A stretch of DNA of 64,000 bases from Haplodiscus bocki (lineage: Eukaryota), in the NCBI GenBank assembly GCA_965655095.1, contig OZ296655.1:56420001-56484000 (forward strand). The letters run 5' to 3'. Of the stretch, positions 26,870 to 40,400 are shown piece after piece (the stretch's first letter is position 1; every line of letters begins with the position of its first letter). The position numbers were made by a program, and so were the translations under genes. The notes beneath the pieces were generated by a model that saw nothing but the letters and a program-made list of their open reading frames with translations, searched no databases and had not been told where the DNA came from.

Positions 26870-29800
26870 GTTAGACGGTCCTTTTTTTGTTTGGAACTTT
26901 TTGGCGTTCAGTTTATACAATTATGGAAAATGCTGCACTGAAAAGAGTCCTAAAAATACCTAACCAGGCATGACGGCCATGTCAGCTCTATCCGAACCCG
27001 TATAGCTCAGATCATGTGAGAGAAGTATCAATAAAATTTTGAAAGTTTCCTAATCAAAAATCAGTATTTCTGGTTTTTTGCAAATTTTTGATGCAGGGAG
27101 GGGGTGTCATAAAAAATTTTCGGTCGCGAAGTTTTTGGTTAAATGCAGTGAGGGTATCGCAAAAACTTGGAAGAAACTAGTTATCATCAATCGCTTTAAA
27201 TCAATTGTCCGTCAACTGAGACCAATTTGGAATCGATTCTTCATCAATCAATATGAATGAGAGCTATAAAGATGTGGAATGCGCCTTCAATGGTCATGCA
27301 AACTTCCACTGTTTCTGCGTCTTCTTGATTTGTTTCGTTTTGACGCCAGTTTCGAAATGTGTAGATAGCATATGAAAACATTCAGTATATACCTTTGACC
27401 TTTTGACTTTTGACCGCGCGTTCCACAGCAGGGCAACAACTTCGTTCAGTGCAACCCATGTAGTATACCTGTATACTTTTTCCCCATTGTTGGCACTTCA
27501 GCGCCGAAAGTCGAAAGTGTATGCATTTTGAAAAAAATATATATTCAGCATGAATGCAAATTTTAATTTTCTGTGTTTCTAGAGCATAGGAAAACACTAA
27601 CGAACAAGCGGGAAGTTCAGATTGTTATTAACAATAACTCAGAAAAGACACTTGAAAAAAAGCATTGAATGAATGTTCAAATGCGGTTGAGAGGATTCTC
27701 TTAAAATTGGAGGAAGAATTCGTCGAGATGATAGTTCTAGAATTAGAATTTGTTCGTGCATCAATGATTATTTGATCAAGAACTAATATCAATAAAAAAC
27801 ATCAATAAATATTTGATACAGCATTCGCGCAAAAAGCCAAATAGTGTCAAAGTTTTGAATCTCCGGTAGTTGTCCAACGAAACATTTATCCAACGATCGA
27901 TATGTGCCTTTAAACAGGTTTTTAATTTTTGACTTATACTATGTAATGGCACTAATTTGTGAGAAGCAATCAAATTTTTGACGTTCCAAAAACAACTCTT
28001 GAAGTGCTTTTTCTCTGTTAAGAAGTGAACAGCTGTTTTTGATCCAAAACATTTACAGTTACGTGCAACTCTTTGTCTCCTCTGCAATTTTCAAAATAAA
28101 TTCTTTTCGGAAAATGATTTATATGGAAAAAATACAACCAGACCGTCTGAACATTAGCATAACTTTACGTTCACATACCATTGATAATGAGTCTTCACAC
28201 GAAAGAAGTCATTTACAGAAAAGATAGGAAAATTGAAGGATGTGGACTAGACAAAAGGCTACCGAACCATTGGAAAAAATTGATTCAGAAAAACAACTTG
28301 TCAGTTCAACTTGAGAAAATCAATATGAAGCGAAATCCGGACACTTCACTTCACTATAGTTTTACAAATAATCACTTTAATGCAGAATGAAAACATCAAT
28401 CAACTAATTTTCCAATTTTAATCATTTTTTGCTTCTACAACTTTTTTCACACTTGAATGTTCCAAAAATTTTTATGGGTTATTGATATTAGCGCTTTGCT
28501 TAACTTTTGATGAATTACTTTACTAAATGCTACGTCACATCTTTCAAATTGTTTCAAGAAGACAGCCACCACGAAGCACAATGGTTTTTTCTAATAGGTG
28601 ATCCAGAAAAAACGACTAATGATACCAATAGCTTCAACATACAGAAAAACTGATTTTGGTGAAACAAGCAGTCAATTTTTTTTTCATGTGTAACTTTCTA
28701 ATAAAATTTGCGGAAAAAAACACATATAAGTTGTCGCTGGTCAACTGACAAAAATGTAACTTTTATCTAAAAACAGAAATGCTGCACTTCAATGGAATTT
28801 TTTAATCGTTGTACTAGATAAGATCCATCGCCGGCACCCTACTCACAAACAGCAATTCGGTGAGATCTTTCTTTGCTAACAAGGAGCGCCGGGGCTCATT
28901 CAAAAGATTAAACTTGAGGAAATTCCAGGAAATGACGTGAACACTGCCGCAATGAAAAGCCGTATCTATAGCTTTCTCCTTTTCTTTTTTACTTCCACTA
29001 GTCTTTTACTTTTTTTCACGTATTACCCGTTCTCTGAAAACATTACGATCGGGCAAGAAGCAAACAAACAGCGCCTATAAGGCAGAAAAATCACCACCAT
29101 TTTCATAGCAAAAAAATTCTTCAACATACTGACAAAGTTCATCATAAAAGATCAAACGACCACATGAAGCAGTATGAAAAAAAAGGAAGCAGTGGTGGAT
29201 GATTGTATCTGTAGAAAGCAACTGAAATTTTCCCGTCTATTTTCTGCAAGGAAGCAAAAAACAGACAACTTCTAACGAACTGTTCTCAACGTGTTCCAGA
29301 GAGTTCGATCGACGTTTTACTTAGATCTTTGAAAACAAGATGTTAGAGGTGCTTTAGTCAAACAAAACTGTAAAAACTCGCCATCCGACCAGGAAAAAGA
29401 AAGCTTTGAGAAATTTTAGACAGAGTTGAACAAAACCTCAACATCTTTGTAGTTGTTTTGTAACAGACTGGCCAGAAGTTTAGTACAAGTCAGGACAAGG
29501 CCTCTTAGTCATGCTCATTCCCACTGCAAACTTTGTCACGATACAGTCCATTACAACCACAGTTGTATTGCTGAGCTCAATTGCATTTATTGCTTCAGTG
29601 TCCCCAGCAATCCGAGAAGCCACCGACGACACAAAATTTTGATTGCATGCCATAGAGTGAGTCTGAATATGGTTTGTCTTCGCAGCCACAGTTCTCAAAA
29701 GGATTTGCTTTTTACAACGGTATACTTAACATATAGTTCATCTGTGACTATCAGCACAAACAAACGGGTTTCACTTGCCAAAATGTTTTGCAAAAAGTTG

Positions 29801-30836
29801 AAATTGAAGACAAAAATACACCATTGTCCATCCTTCCTGTGTGCTGCCTCCATTCACAACAACAGCGGAACGTCAAAAAAACTGCGACACCATCGGTTGG
29901 TCTCTATTTTTCCATTACAGATCGACGGCAAACGACTTCATCGCTTTATGGTGGGACTACCAAGAAAACTGTTTAAATGGATCAGATGAAACCTAAACAA
30001 ACACGTTCCCGATCGAAACAAAATGCGTTCTGAAGACTTCTTGAATTGCACGAACAAAATCTGTGAAAAGCCACACAATGTTCCCTTTCCAGTGGCTTTG
30101 CAGACAACTGCGATGAAACAATGAGAATTTTGTGCTCTAATCATTCGTAGAGACCACTTTTGTAGCATGAACTAGAGATATGCGTCAAATTGTCAGCATT
30201 TTCGTTAACGCTTCCTTCCTGGTATTTCTACTAAAAATCAAAATTTCGAATGATGAATAGTCATACCCCGCATCCGCATTTGCCGAGAAACCGTTTAAGC
30301 TATTATCCGCAAAATATCAACCTTTTGTCGAGCAGACAGAGTGTTTTTACGGTTCGTTAGCACCTCCGCGGTGGCAGAGTTAATTCTTTGAAAAATTTTG
30401 GCCGAAAAAGGCCAATGTCATACACGATACGCTTCAGCGTAGGTGCCCAAAAACTTTTTAAAGAAAACGAATGTCTTTTTTTACGGAAATCATTTATTTC
30501 TTCAGATCAGGGTGTTGGGGTACAGTGACGTTACATTGTTTTTTTTCGAAACGTCTGCAAAATCCCAAATCGAGGAAGCAACAAGCCGAAAAGTCTCTGA
30601 CTTTTTTCGAAAGTTCACCTTGAATTGCTTTTTTTCAATTGGGTGGGCAGGCTTCTCTGAACCTATCAAAGAAAAATTTTCAAAGTATTTCAATCTAGTG
30701 AACTAATCCCAAGTGGGAAAGTTAACTTTTTAAAAATATTTTAGTTCATGCTACATTTGGGACGCAACAGTGAGCATTTTTCAGGTATTCTTTTATATGC
30801 CTGGCCTCAATCTGAACGCACTGATATTTTTACCCC

Positions 30837-33100
30837 TCAAGAATCTCTATAATGAGGCGTCTTGTAATGCCATAACGAGACGTTAATTGGACCGTCCACA
30901 GGAATTATGAGCCTTTTACCATTGATCGAGTCTTTCAAAACCCACATGGGAGTTGAAGAGAATTGTTTTAACCCATTCAATGTCGACGTTAGCTTTTTCT
31001 CGTCGATGTTATCATTTTCCACAAATCGATAAAGCGTCGAACTGAAACTGAACTTAACCTCGTCAAAAACTTCCTTGGCTAACCTCAGCTCCAACCATTA
31101 CAAATTTTATCGAAAACTCATTCCTGGTTTAAAAGTGGAGGTACAAAAGCATGCTCAAGTCAACTTTTTAATTCTTACAAACCAGCTAAGCTCATCCAAT
31201 GTTGCGTACTTGCTAAGATCAACCACCCCCTCTTCTACCTTGCAGATGTTCTCAACTTTCCACCGACATCTACTTCTCGGCCTCCAAACTATCAAGAAGA
31301 ATTCATCACTTATGTACAATGGGTGAAGTGGGGTCTTCCTCAAAGATGTGGTGGCTCAGACGTAAGAACAGTGTACATGAGCCAGTTCCCTGTCTACCTC
31401 GCCTATAGACAAGATACGGAGCCAGCGGTTAAACTGCATACTAACCAGGTAATTCTCCACTTACCGGGTAGTTCTTTCTTTGAAAAAAGTGTTGCAATAT
31501 GAGACTTTCAAAAGATACAATCTTTTTCAAGATCTTTATAAGGATCTTTATAAGCTGCAATTCTTTATAGCGAAAAAAAACATTCCGATTGAGTATTTAT
31601 TCCAATTTATTCTTGGGAAAACCTATATTTCGTTTCGGATTCGACTGAACATTATATCATTAAGTCTACCACACGTTCCGGACTATCTTCCCATCTACCA
31701 GTGCTAATTTTGGCAAATCTCGTCGCGATGAGCCATCCGACGTATCTATCGTAAACTTCAGGTACCCATTTTTTGACGTGCTACCCTTCTACCATTGTTC
31801 AATGCAAACTTCTTTAACTCCATTGGCGAATACTCAATCTTGTGAAACAAGAATGGCAATAGGATATTGCGTCGCAACGCGATCTGATTTCTGGTTGTTC
31901 CAACTTGTAGGTAATCCAAACTTTCATAAGAACTCGAAGCTTCCTCTATAATGCCTGATTTGAAATAGCAATTGACGCTACTATTGTGCGCCTCCTTCAA
32001 GCTTCAACACTTTCCAGCAACGGCATGGAATGTGGTTTTGCAGTTGTCTATGAAACTGGACTAAATCGTCAAAAAGTTGGTTTGATTTTTCAAGCAATTG
32101 CGCTAGAGACAAGTACCGGAATCTCGCTTTTTGTTTCTGTTTCCTGCTGTCACGTTTTGCTGTGATGTGCAGAAGTATCTTTCAAACGTGCGCCGCAAGT
32201 CCTCAAACGCCTCTTCAGAGGTCGAATGTTGTTATTCAGCGTATCAATGACAGCGTGGTAATCAACAGAGCTCTTTTTAGGTTCGTTTCAAAACCACTGA
32301 CCACCACGTGTTGTATGGATTGTTTATTGATCCATTCATCACTACTGTGTCCTCAACCGTGGCTTGGAAGCTGTCGGCGATCTCATAGTAAGCGATGGGC
32401 CGGTTCCAAGTGTTTGCTCCTCTAATGCGCAAACAATCCTTGAGCACTATTTTTAAGAATTTTCACCTCTGATTCTGCAGAAAAGGCTTGCCGTGGAAAA
32501 GGTCTGGAAAAGGTCTGCAAACAGTACTTTTTGGGTCATTGCTTCTCGGAGAATGACCAGTGTTGCATTTCCCGCTAGCCTGACGAAAACGATTCTCAAA
32601 GGGACAAGTCCTTAGATGAGCGCAGCTTTCTTGGTTTCCACCACAAAGAACGCATGGAACACATACAACTTTCCAGTTTCCCACTGCTCACTTCTAATAA
32701 AACTGCCCTTCTGCGTAGCGCCTACATCATTTCTGCAGTTCCCAAATGCCTAAAAGACCTGTGGGCACAATATCTATATCGGCCCAGGAAGTTGAAGAAC
32801 AAGCGTTCAGCAGCAGCAAATTTGAAATATTGGTGATTACAACCACACTCAGCTCGAATACAGAGGTTAACTTTATCAAACCGCACTAGACCATTCGCAG
32901 AACAGCAGCATCTTAGTTCAGATACTCCGTTCTGTTGGTCCCTTCCATGCAATATGTTACCAAAACCTACAACATGGTGCATACTATCAACTGACTCTAG
33001 TGGCTGGGCACTAATTTCTGCAGCTCCCAGCAGTTGCGATTGCAATTTGGCCCGAGTAAGTGATCTTATCCCGAGTTCCATACTTCTAAAGTCGTTGCTG
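30837..33100 (-). pseudogene. Decayed coding region of an unidentified (probably mobile) element, antisense within the host intron
   Basis: Collinear minus-strand ORF fragments (30837-31094; 31155-31343, extendable through stops to ~31480; 31758-32000; 32463-32684 with a CVLC...H...C motif; 32722-33081). Family not recognised. Confidence 0.35.
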
Positions 33101-34859
33101 CTGCTGGCATTGTTAGAAGTCAGTTTAACAATGCTACTTTATCCATTATGCTGTAATTGAAACTTCCAAATTCAAAACCTATTTGTCTATCTGTTACGCA
33201 AAAAATACCAATATCTCAAGACTCACATCGGCTAAGGCTGCGATCATGTTCAAGGCAATCTGCTCACTATCTGTGAAGTTTGTTTTGTTAGTTGTAAAAT
33301 GTTTCCCAAACAATTATCAAACTTTAATAGTTCCAATATATCGCCTCATTATTCTATACATAATTCGATCCCCGATTAAACCTTGGAATTTTCAATTCTA
33401 TAATACTCGACTGAAACAAAACCATTTGCTTTTGCCAATCACTTCATCAAAGTGTAAAAAACGTTCAATCAAATAATTAAAACGAGCTGAATAACCCATT
33501 TTCATTCAAAATTATCCACCTTCAATTCAATGTTTGAAACTTATGGAACAATTCTCATCGGCGACAAATGAAAACAAAAGACCGTGTTGACATTCTTTCG
33601 GCAAAACAGAGTCATTCTTTGACTTTGGAAGTTATATGTTTGCCGATTTTTCTGGTTCACCGTTGCAAGTAGACCAGTAACAGCCATCAATTGAACAATC
33701 ATTTGGACCCACACTGCAGTAACGCCAGAAAAATCATGCCTTGATTGGAACTGAATATACACTGCTGTTTAAGGTCTACAAATGTATTTTTAAGACGTTA
33801 CTGAATTGATTTAAAAACGTTTGCACTGGTGCCCTATCAGCGTTTGCCGAAAAAAAAGTGTTGGTAAACTCTGGTTAGCGAAGTAGGCAGGTAATTTGCA
33901 TTTCAACTTTTTTTTCTCAGACGCGTCGGGATTCTTCACTAAAAAGTAAGAAATCATATTTAAGATCGAACTTTGTTTTGTTTTGTTTTTTGCCACTGTT
34001 CGTTTTTGAAGGGGTTGTATTCGGGCCTTGTTTCAACAACATTTTCTAACAGCCATAAAACTGAAATTAGTAAAGAATGGTTTGTTAGGGAGTCTTGCTT
34101 TTGTATTAGGTGTGACGTATCCACAATCAACTGCAGTGCATTACTGGCTTGATGCAAGCAAAAGCAGTTTTTAACATAGATTTTTATAATCTTTTCTCAG
34201 GTGAGACACCGCTAACGCCGCTAATTCTTCTGCTAAAAACTGAATCTCTGGCTGACTTTGACCACCGGTACCCCCCATAAACCGAAGAAACTTCAGCTGA
34301 TAGTTCTACCAGGGAAACAACCAACGGCACAGCAACGGAGCTAAAGATACAACAACGTGGCGTCAGCTTGGCGTGCACTTTGCGTGATCATACAAAACTG
34401 AGCATTTCCGCTTTTCATCAAAAAAACATTTCAAATTTAGGTTAAGGTTTTTTGGAGAGAAATCAATTCTAATTTCAAGTGCCCAAAAGTAGTAACGAGA
34501 ACCTTATTACCCCATGTATACGTGAATTACTCTTCTTTGATTGGCTAAATGTCACTAACGCGTATCTTGAACCTTTATATTGCCTATTATTTAACGAATG
34601 TAATTTTTCTATAGACTCGAGTAAGTTAATGGGAAGAAGGGCTATAGAAAAGATCTGCACTTGATTTTTAGTCAAAAATGAGAGTTATAAAGCTATTCAA
34701 AACTTTTCTGATAATAAATTGCGTCCCCGTCTTAATATATCATTGAGAGATGGCTGTGGAATTGGATGCTAACAATCCAAATTTTAGAAATCTCGACTGA
34801 CCTGACTCTAATGGATCTCTCATTTACAACAAATACTCAGGGTCAACAGCATTCTCGGT

Positions 34860-35370
34860 GGTTTATACTTTTCTGCCCACATTCATAATACGGAATAAAA
34901 ATCAACCACTCAAAACGTTTTCTTTACACTGACTTGCCAAATGATAATGTCCGACTTCTGACACTAGTCTTCTGAACAAATTATATTGAAATTTTCTTTG
35001 ACCAAATTTTAGCATGTTTGCCGCAAAATGCAACTGAAATAATGAGATTTCTCAAAACGTACTGAATCTTGGTGTTTCCGAAAGAAAAGATGGGTTTTTT
35101 TCGACAAAAAACTTGATTTTTTTCAAAGTCGCCCAAGGTCGCAAATTTGCTGTAGAATGCGTATCAAATGATATTGTTCTCAAAAATGTCGTTCAAAAAC
35201 TTCAATCGTCAGGTTTTTGGCAAAAACTCAGAAAACTTTTGAATTTGAAAAATTAGAAAAAATGACGTAGAACGAGTTGTTTGAGAAGAAAAACTTTCAT
35301 TTTTTAAAAAAAGCATCTTTACCAGAATGGGGAGGCGGAAAATGCCGGTAGTACCGCGCCGTTATGTTGT
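34860..35370 (-). repeat. Dispersed repeat family A, reverse copy
   Basis: tttgctgtagaatgcgtatcaaatga and ggcggaaaatgccggtag match family A motifs in reverse complement. Confidence 0.55.
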
Positions 35371-35773
35371 ACCTAAACCGAAGATGACAATGCGTTATGC
35401 TCGGATCTAGCTATGTGTTTATACATCACGTGTCGTGTGTTTTCGCAATAGCCTCAGATGTAAATTTTTGTGGTTGGCTGAGAAAGTTTCCAATTTATTT
35501 GACAGCAATGATTTGTCCTAAAGTTCCTTTCTCTAAATTTATGCAGGGTCTTATTTTCAAGTCATTCAGAACAATCGAGTAAAATCGAGTAAAGAGTAAA
35601 ACGTGAGGAATACAATAAACTGAGAAAACTGACATTTAACAAATCTGTTCTGATGAAAGGATACCAGCATCAATTTCGGGTCAACTCTACTCCATTTTTT
35701 TTTAAATCCAAAAAATGAAAATTATAAAAGAATGTTTCCCTGGTCGAAATATTGGCCGAAATTTTTCCATTAT

Positions 35774-35945
35774 AAGGGCGTTAACGGCGGTCAAAACTAG
35801 CCACAGAAGCCGTTATTAACCGGAAAAATAGCGTTAACGGCGTTGAACCGAAAAGACAACAGCGTTAATGGCGGTCCTTGCCGGTATAAAGGCGTTAACG
35901 GCGTTTTGCTAGAAATTTAGCGGCGTTAGTGGCGCTTATGTCACT
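35774..35945. repeat. Short array of GGCGTTAACGGCG units
   Basis: At least 5 copies of gcgttaa(c/t)ggcg. Confidence 0.6.
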
Positions 35946-36399
35946 ATACGCGAAAAATGACGGCGTATTCTCAAAAATGTTCGACCCGGTTTGCTTTTTT
36001 GAGACACTTCAAACAAGCAACTTACCTATTGCAGCTCTCATAAACCGGTAGTTATCATGAAATTTTAAAATAGTCTTTATTTCACAAACTTGGAACGAGG
36101 CAGCTTTTCTATGATCAAGTCATGTTCTTGAAAAACATTCCGTGGCCCTACATACCACAGAGCCATTGCTAAGATTTTGAGTTTTCATGCCATGGCAGCC
36201 TTGCTGTTATCTCGGCAGCCATAAATTACCATTCCAGTCTTGACACAGGTGTACAGGATCATGGCAGACTAGTTATGGCTTGATGATGCCAAATTTATGG
36301 AAAACTTGCCAAGGCTCCGGTCAGTTGGGAAAACTAATTCATTGCTACTATTTATAATTCTTGATGGTTACGGTTTTTAATTCACTACCATTTCTACAG

Positions 36400-36674
36400 G
36401 TTTTGCACGAGGCTACGCTTGTGGAGGTAAACCTGGAGGCCATGATGTGAGTTTGGAGGGAACACCTTTTAGGTTCACACCATGGTTTTACCCAATCGGT
36501 CTAGCACCCAGTACTTATGTTACTGCAGTGACACCCAAAACTTCGTCCCTGAGAATTACAGTTCAAGGAGGCTCATCCACCTGCGCTGGTTCCCTCACCC
36601 ATAACAGAAATCCTGTAGATGGTCAATTCGGAAAAATTATCAAACATAAAATACCGCTGCATATGGATACTTAA
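36400..36674 (+). CDS. Terminal exon of the same gene, C-terminal half of the GON-like domain
   Basis: Acceptor tttctacag|GT joins in phase to the previous exon, giving YY-G-FARGYACGGKPGGHDVSLEGTPFRFTPWF...VQGGSSTCAG. The (I/V)xLxGTxF motif is GON-like. Ends in TAA. Confidence 0.6.
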
Positions 36675-36858
36675 TTCTGTGTAAAACGAACCTTTGCTCG
36701 ATGACGGCACTTCAGTTGATACGATTTATGTTTAAAGATATTGGACCCTGGTAGTTCAAGAGTGTAGAAAGAAAAGATTGAATTTACGCAAAAATGTTGA
36801 AATTTTGATGTACAATTTTGGTGGTGGTGGTGATACAGGGGAGAAAAAATAGAGCGAT

Positions 36859-36864
<6 letters not shown>

Positions 36865-36927
<63 letters not shown>
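36865..36927. repeat. (AG)n microsatellite, ~31 units
   Basis: Direct reading. Confidence 0.98.
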
Positions 36928-36930
<3 letters not shown>

Positions 36931-37459
36931 TCATATAATAGGTCCCTGAGGTTCACAAATTTTTCCCTGCGCTCAGCCTTGAGGCAGTAGTAAGTTTTAT
37001 GGCTCGTATACGTATACATTACATAACACTCTAATGTTCTGATAACTTATGCATTTCACCAACAATTCAGCGTAATTAACCCAGGGAGTAGAAATTTAAA
37101 CGACATAATGTCTCTATTGGAAATATTGCTTAGAACATGTTTGAAAGTTTCAAAAACTCATTGTTTTGGATTATTTGAAATTCCAATTAGTTGAATTTGT
37201 CTGATGAAAGACTCAAAATATCACGATCATTGCCAAAAACTACATTATCTCGTTCTTTTAGATAAAATTAGTATTGCTCCTCTCTGAACCGACGCAAAAG
37301 ATCTTGGTGCGATAGCTGCTATGTATTAGTAGTAGAATTTTGTACTCGGAGGCTAAAAATTTCAAAACAAAACAATTGGTTGTATGCGAGCGGGTGCAGG
37401 GAATTTTTACTGAAGCGTATTTCTGGGTACAAGATATTCCTACGACATTGCATGTATGT

Positions 37460-40400
37460 CAGTAGGGCATTCGTAACAAGATCTTGTTTCGGGTTTCATC
37501 TGTGACAGGGCCGAGACACAAACATTCACCGTAATCACTTATCCCTGTGGTGGTAAACCAGGGTAGATAAACAAAATGGTTAGAATTTGAAGACTTTTGA
37601 AATTTGGAAATTTTGTTATTGCTTACTTTTTTGCTTTGTTGGGCCGTAAACAACAGCCTATTCCTATTATCGGTTTTTGGAAGTATTATACTTTCATTGG
37701 CATCTTGTTTCCATAATTCGCCTTCATCGGTTGAGGGAACAAAAAGTGACGGGCTCATGATGGTGCTGCTGTTAGCCAAATAAACGTTGTTTTGCAATGG
37801 TGTCTCTGTACCGTGTCACCATTTCCACCTTCCTCTTCGTATCTGTTGGTGAACTTTCCGTCATCACCACTATTTTGCTTTCTGCACGGTGACAACTCGA
37901 GCTTGTAGTAGTAGTGTGGCTGCAATTCAAACGGTAACAGTTTAGATATTTAGTTTTTATATCCTGGGTGGTTATTGCTGAACAACGCCGTCTGATCCAT
38001 CTCCGACATCGCGATTTTAATTTCATCGTAAATTTACTCAGAGAAGGCTTTCCAGTGTATTTTGTCTCAGAAAGGTAAGATGGGATTTTTTCTGCCTGAC
38101 TTGCCCCCTTTTGTTTGAGTATTTCCCTCAATCTCGGATGGCACCCGGCTCTTACTTCCTCCTAGCCAAGAATAAAAAGTCACTGATGTTCCCATTACTA
38201 TCCGGCATCAACTAGACGGGGACTTTTGTTGCATTTTCTGAAACATAGACGCTTTTTAAATTTGATAGTATACATTGAGGCCCTGCATATTGTAATCGTA
38301 AAAAACGTGCGTGGTTTTCTACCATAAGGCAGTTTGATCAGTGTTAGTTTTCATCAGTTCTGTGCAGTTAGTCTAATCACGCATTGCGTATGGTTAACAC
38401 TTTCGTGTATAATTAAGCTGTCTTCTTGAAAAAACAATCGTTTCAAAATTTGGATTGATGTTTCGACCAATCCGATCATGGAATGTATATAAAATCATCA
38501 CTGTAATTAGCATAACCCAAACGCTTGCTGGACGACTTGAATTTTTTTTGCTCTTAAACACGGTATGGTTGTCATTCCATATTGTTTTTGGGACACCGTA
38601 TATGCTAAAAGGATTTTGCTGACATTTTGTGATCACTTGTGTCTCAGTAATAATGCACATTAATGCGGACGGCCGTTTGTTGAAAAAATTGATGGCCAAA
38701 AAGACTTCTGGGTTCCCTTTCCCACTTTTCACTGTTACTGTGATTGTAGTTTTTTGCCTGTTTCTCTAGCATATTTCCAGTTTTTGGTAATGTGCTTTTA
38801 AGTTCTTACCGGTTATTAAACAGTCGGAATATTCTTCCAAATTTGCCTCTACGTCATAGCCGAATCCTTGCTGCAATTAATATATTGTTATTTTTCAAAA
38901 AAGTTGCCCATCCGGAGTGTCCGACGTTAATCGAGTTCAATGCTCTTTACCGCATTCTTTCTAATACAACTCAATTGTTCAGGAACAGAATGCCAAATCT
39001 TGTCAAGATGCAGCTGTAGAACCTTAAGTAGTCGCGGCAATTAAGTCGCTGTCTTGGTGGTTTCTATCACTATGAGTGTCTGCAGTTAGTTTTTGTATCT
39101 TGTTGTCTCTTTAATCATTTTATTGTGGTCTTTCAGGTCTTCGTATTCAGTTCAGCGTCCACTTTCTGCTGCCTCCGAAGTCAAGTCACTCTCCGTGATG
39201 GTTCCACGAATCTGATAAATAGCTTAAATTGGGCTATCTTGGAGTTCTCCAGACGGTAATCTTCGAATTTCACTGCTGATAATGTCTGCCAGTGTCTGTC
39301 CAATGACCTTTGTACCGTTTCTTATTGCTCAATCTCGTCACTGTTGAGTCAATCTTCATGGTTTCGGCTGAGAATTTTGCGATGGTCTTTACAGTCTCCT
39401 TCCGCACTTCTGGCCTTGTTCTTTTGATGCACCTCTAATTTGACTACACGTCTGCATGCAATCCCTTGCGTCTGGTCTGCCATGTTACCAACAGTGGCTG
39501 CCCTGGTTGTCTTTTTTCAATCATTGTTTCCCGGGTTGCACAACCTGAAATCTTTCATTTACAAGTTGATATGAGATTGGGGAACATCTTTCCTTCGGAT
39601 AGTTCTCACTATCTGTCCCGTGTTGTCTCAAACATATTTACTATTGTTTCCCAGTTTCTTCAAAAGTGTTTGGGGACGGCAATTTTTTCAATTCTGTTTG
39701 AAAAAGGCTCATTATTGTGAAGTGACGGTTCCATTTGTCTATTCTATCAAATTTGCGTATTTTGATCATTTGCGCCGTACCATGTTAGTTGATTGCCGTT
39801 CATGATAACATCCGCCGATTCAATCTGTATGTGAGTTTTCCTCAAAACGATTCACTCACTACACTCACAGAAAAGTTTTAGTGCGTTAGGTCAGCATTTC
39901 TTTCAAACTGTGTATGGTTTTCTGCATTCCGGGTTCCGGATCGAACAGTTGGCTACTATACCTTCATCTCCAGAAAGTTTCAAAAAACCACATCAAAGTT
40001 TCATATTCTATCCAGCCACCGAGTTGTTCAGAGTCCAGAATTTTCACTGGGTTTCCGTAAAAAAATATCTGAAATGTTCCAGATCCCAGACGAGTACTTA
40101 AAACTCCAATTCTTCAAATGCATGCCTTTCCTCGGTTTCCTTTGAAAATCGGCTTGCAAAAGCAATTGGTTGAACATTGCCGTCTTTTTGGTTTTTGCCT
40201 GAGTGTGGCACCCATACCACCATACCAATGATTCTCGTGTCGCTTGGTATTACGTCTTCCCCGTCAACCGATTAGTGAGATAGACACGGGAAGTCTACCG
40301 TTTTCGATTTTAAGTTTTCGAGTAGTTTTCGTTGGTCTATATTGCAAATCTATTCCATATCTTTTCAGTGAATTTCGTAACCCGTCCGTTTGTTTTGATA

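Noticed and set aside
36671-37019. SLSLSL-repeat ORFs
   Set aside because: Translation of the (AG)n microsatellite.
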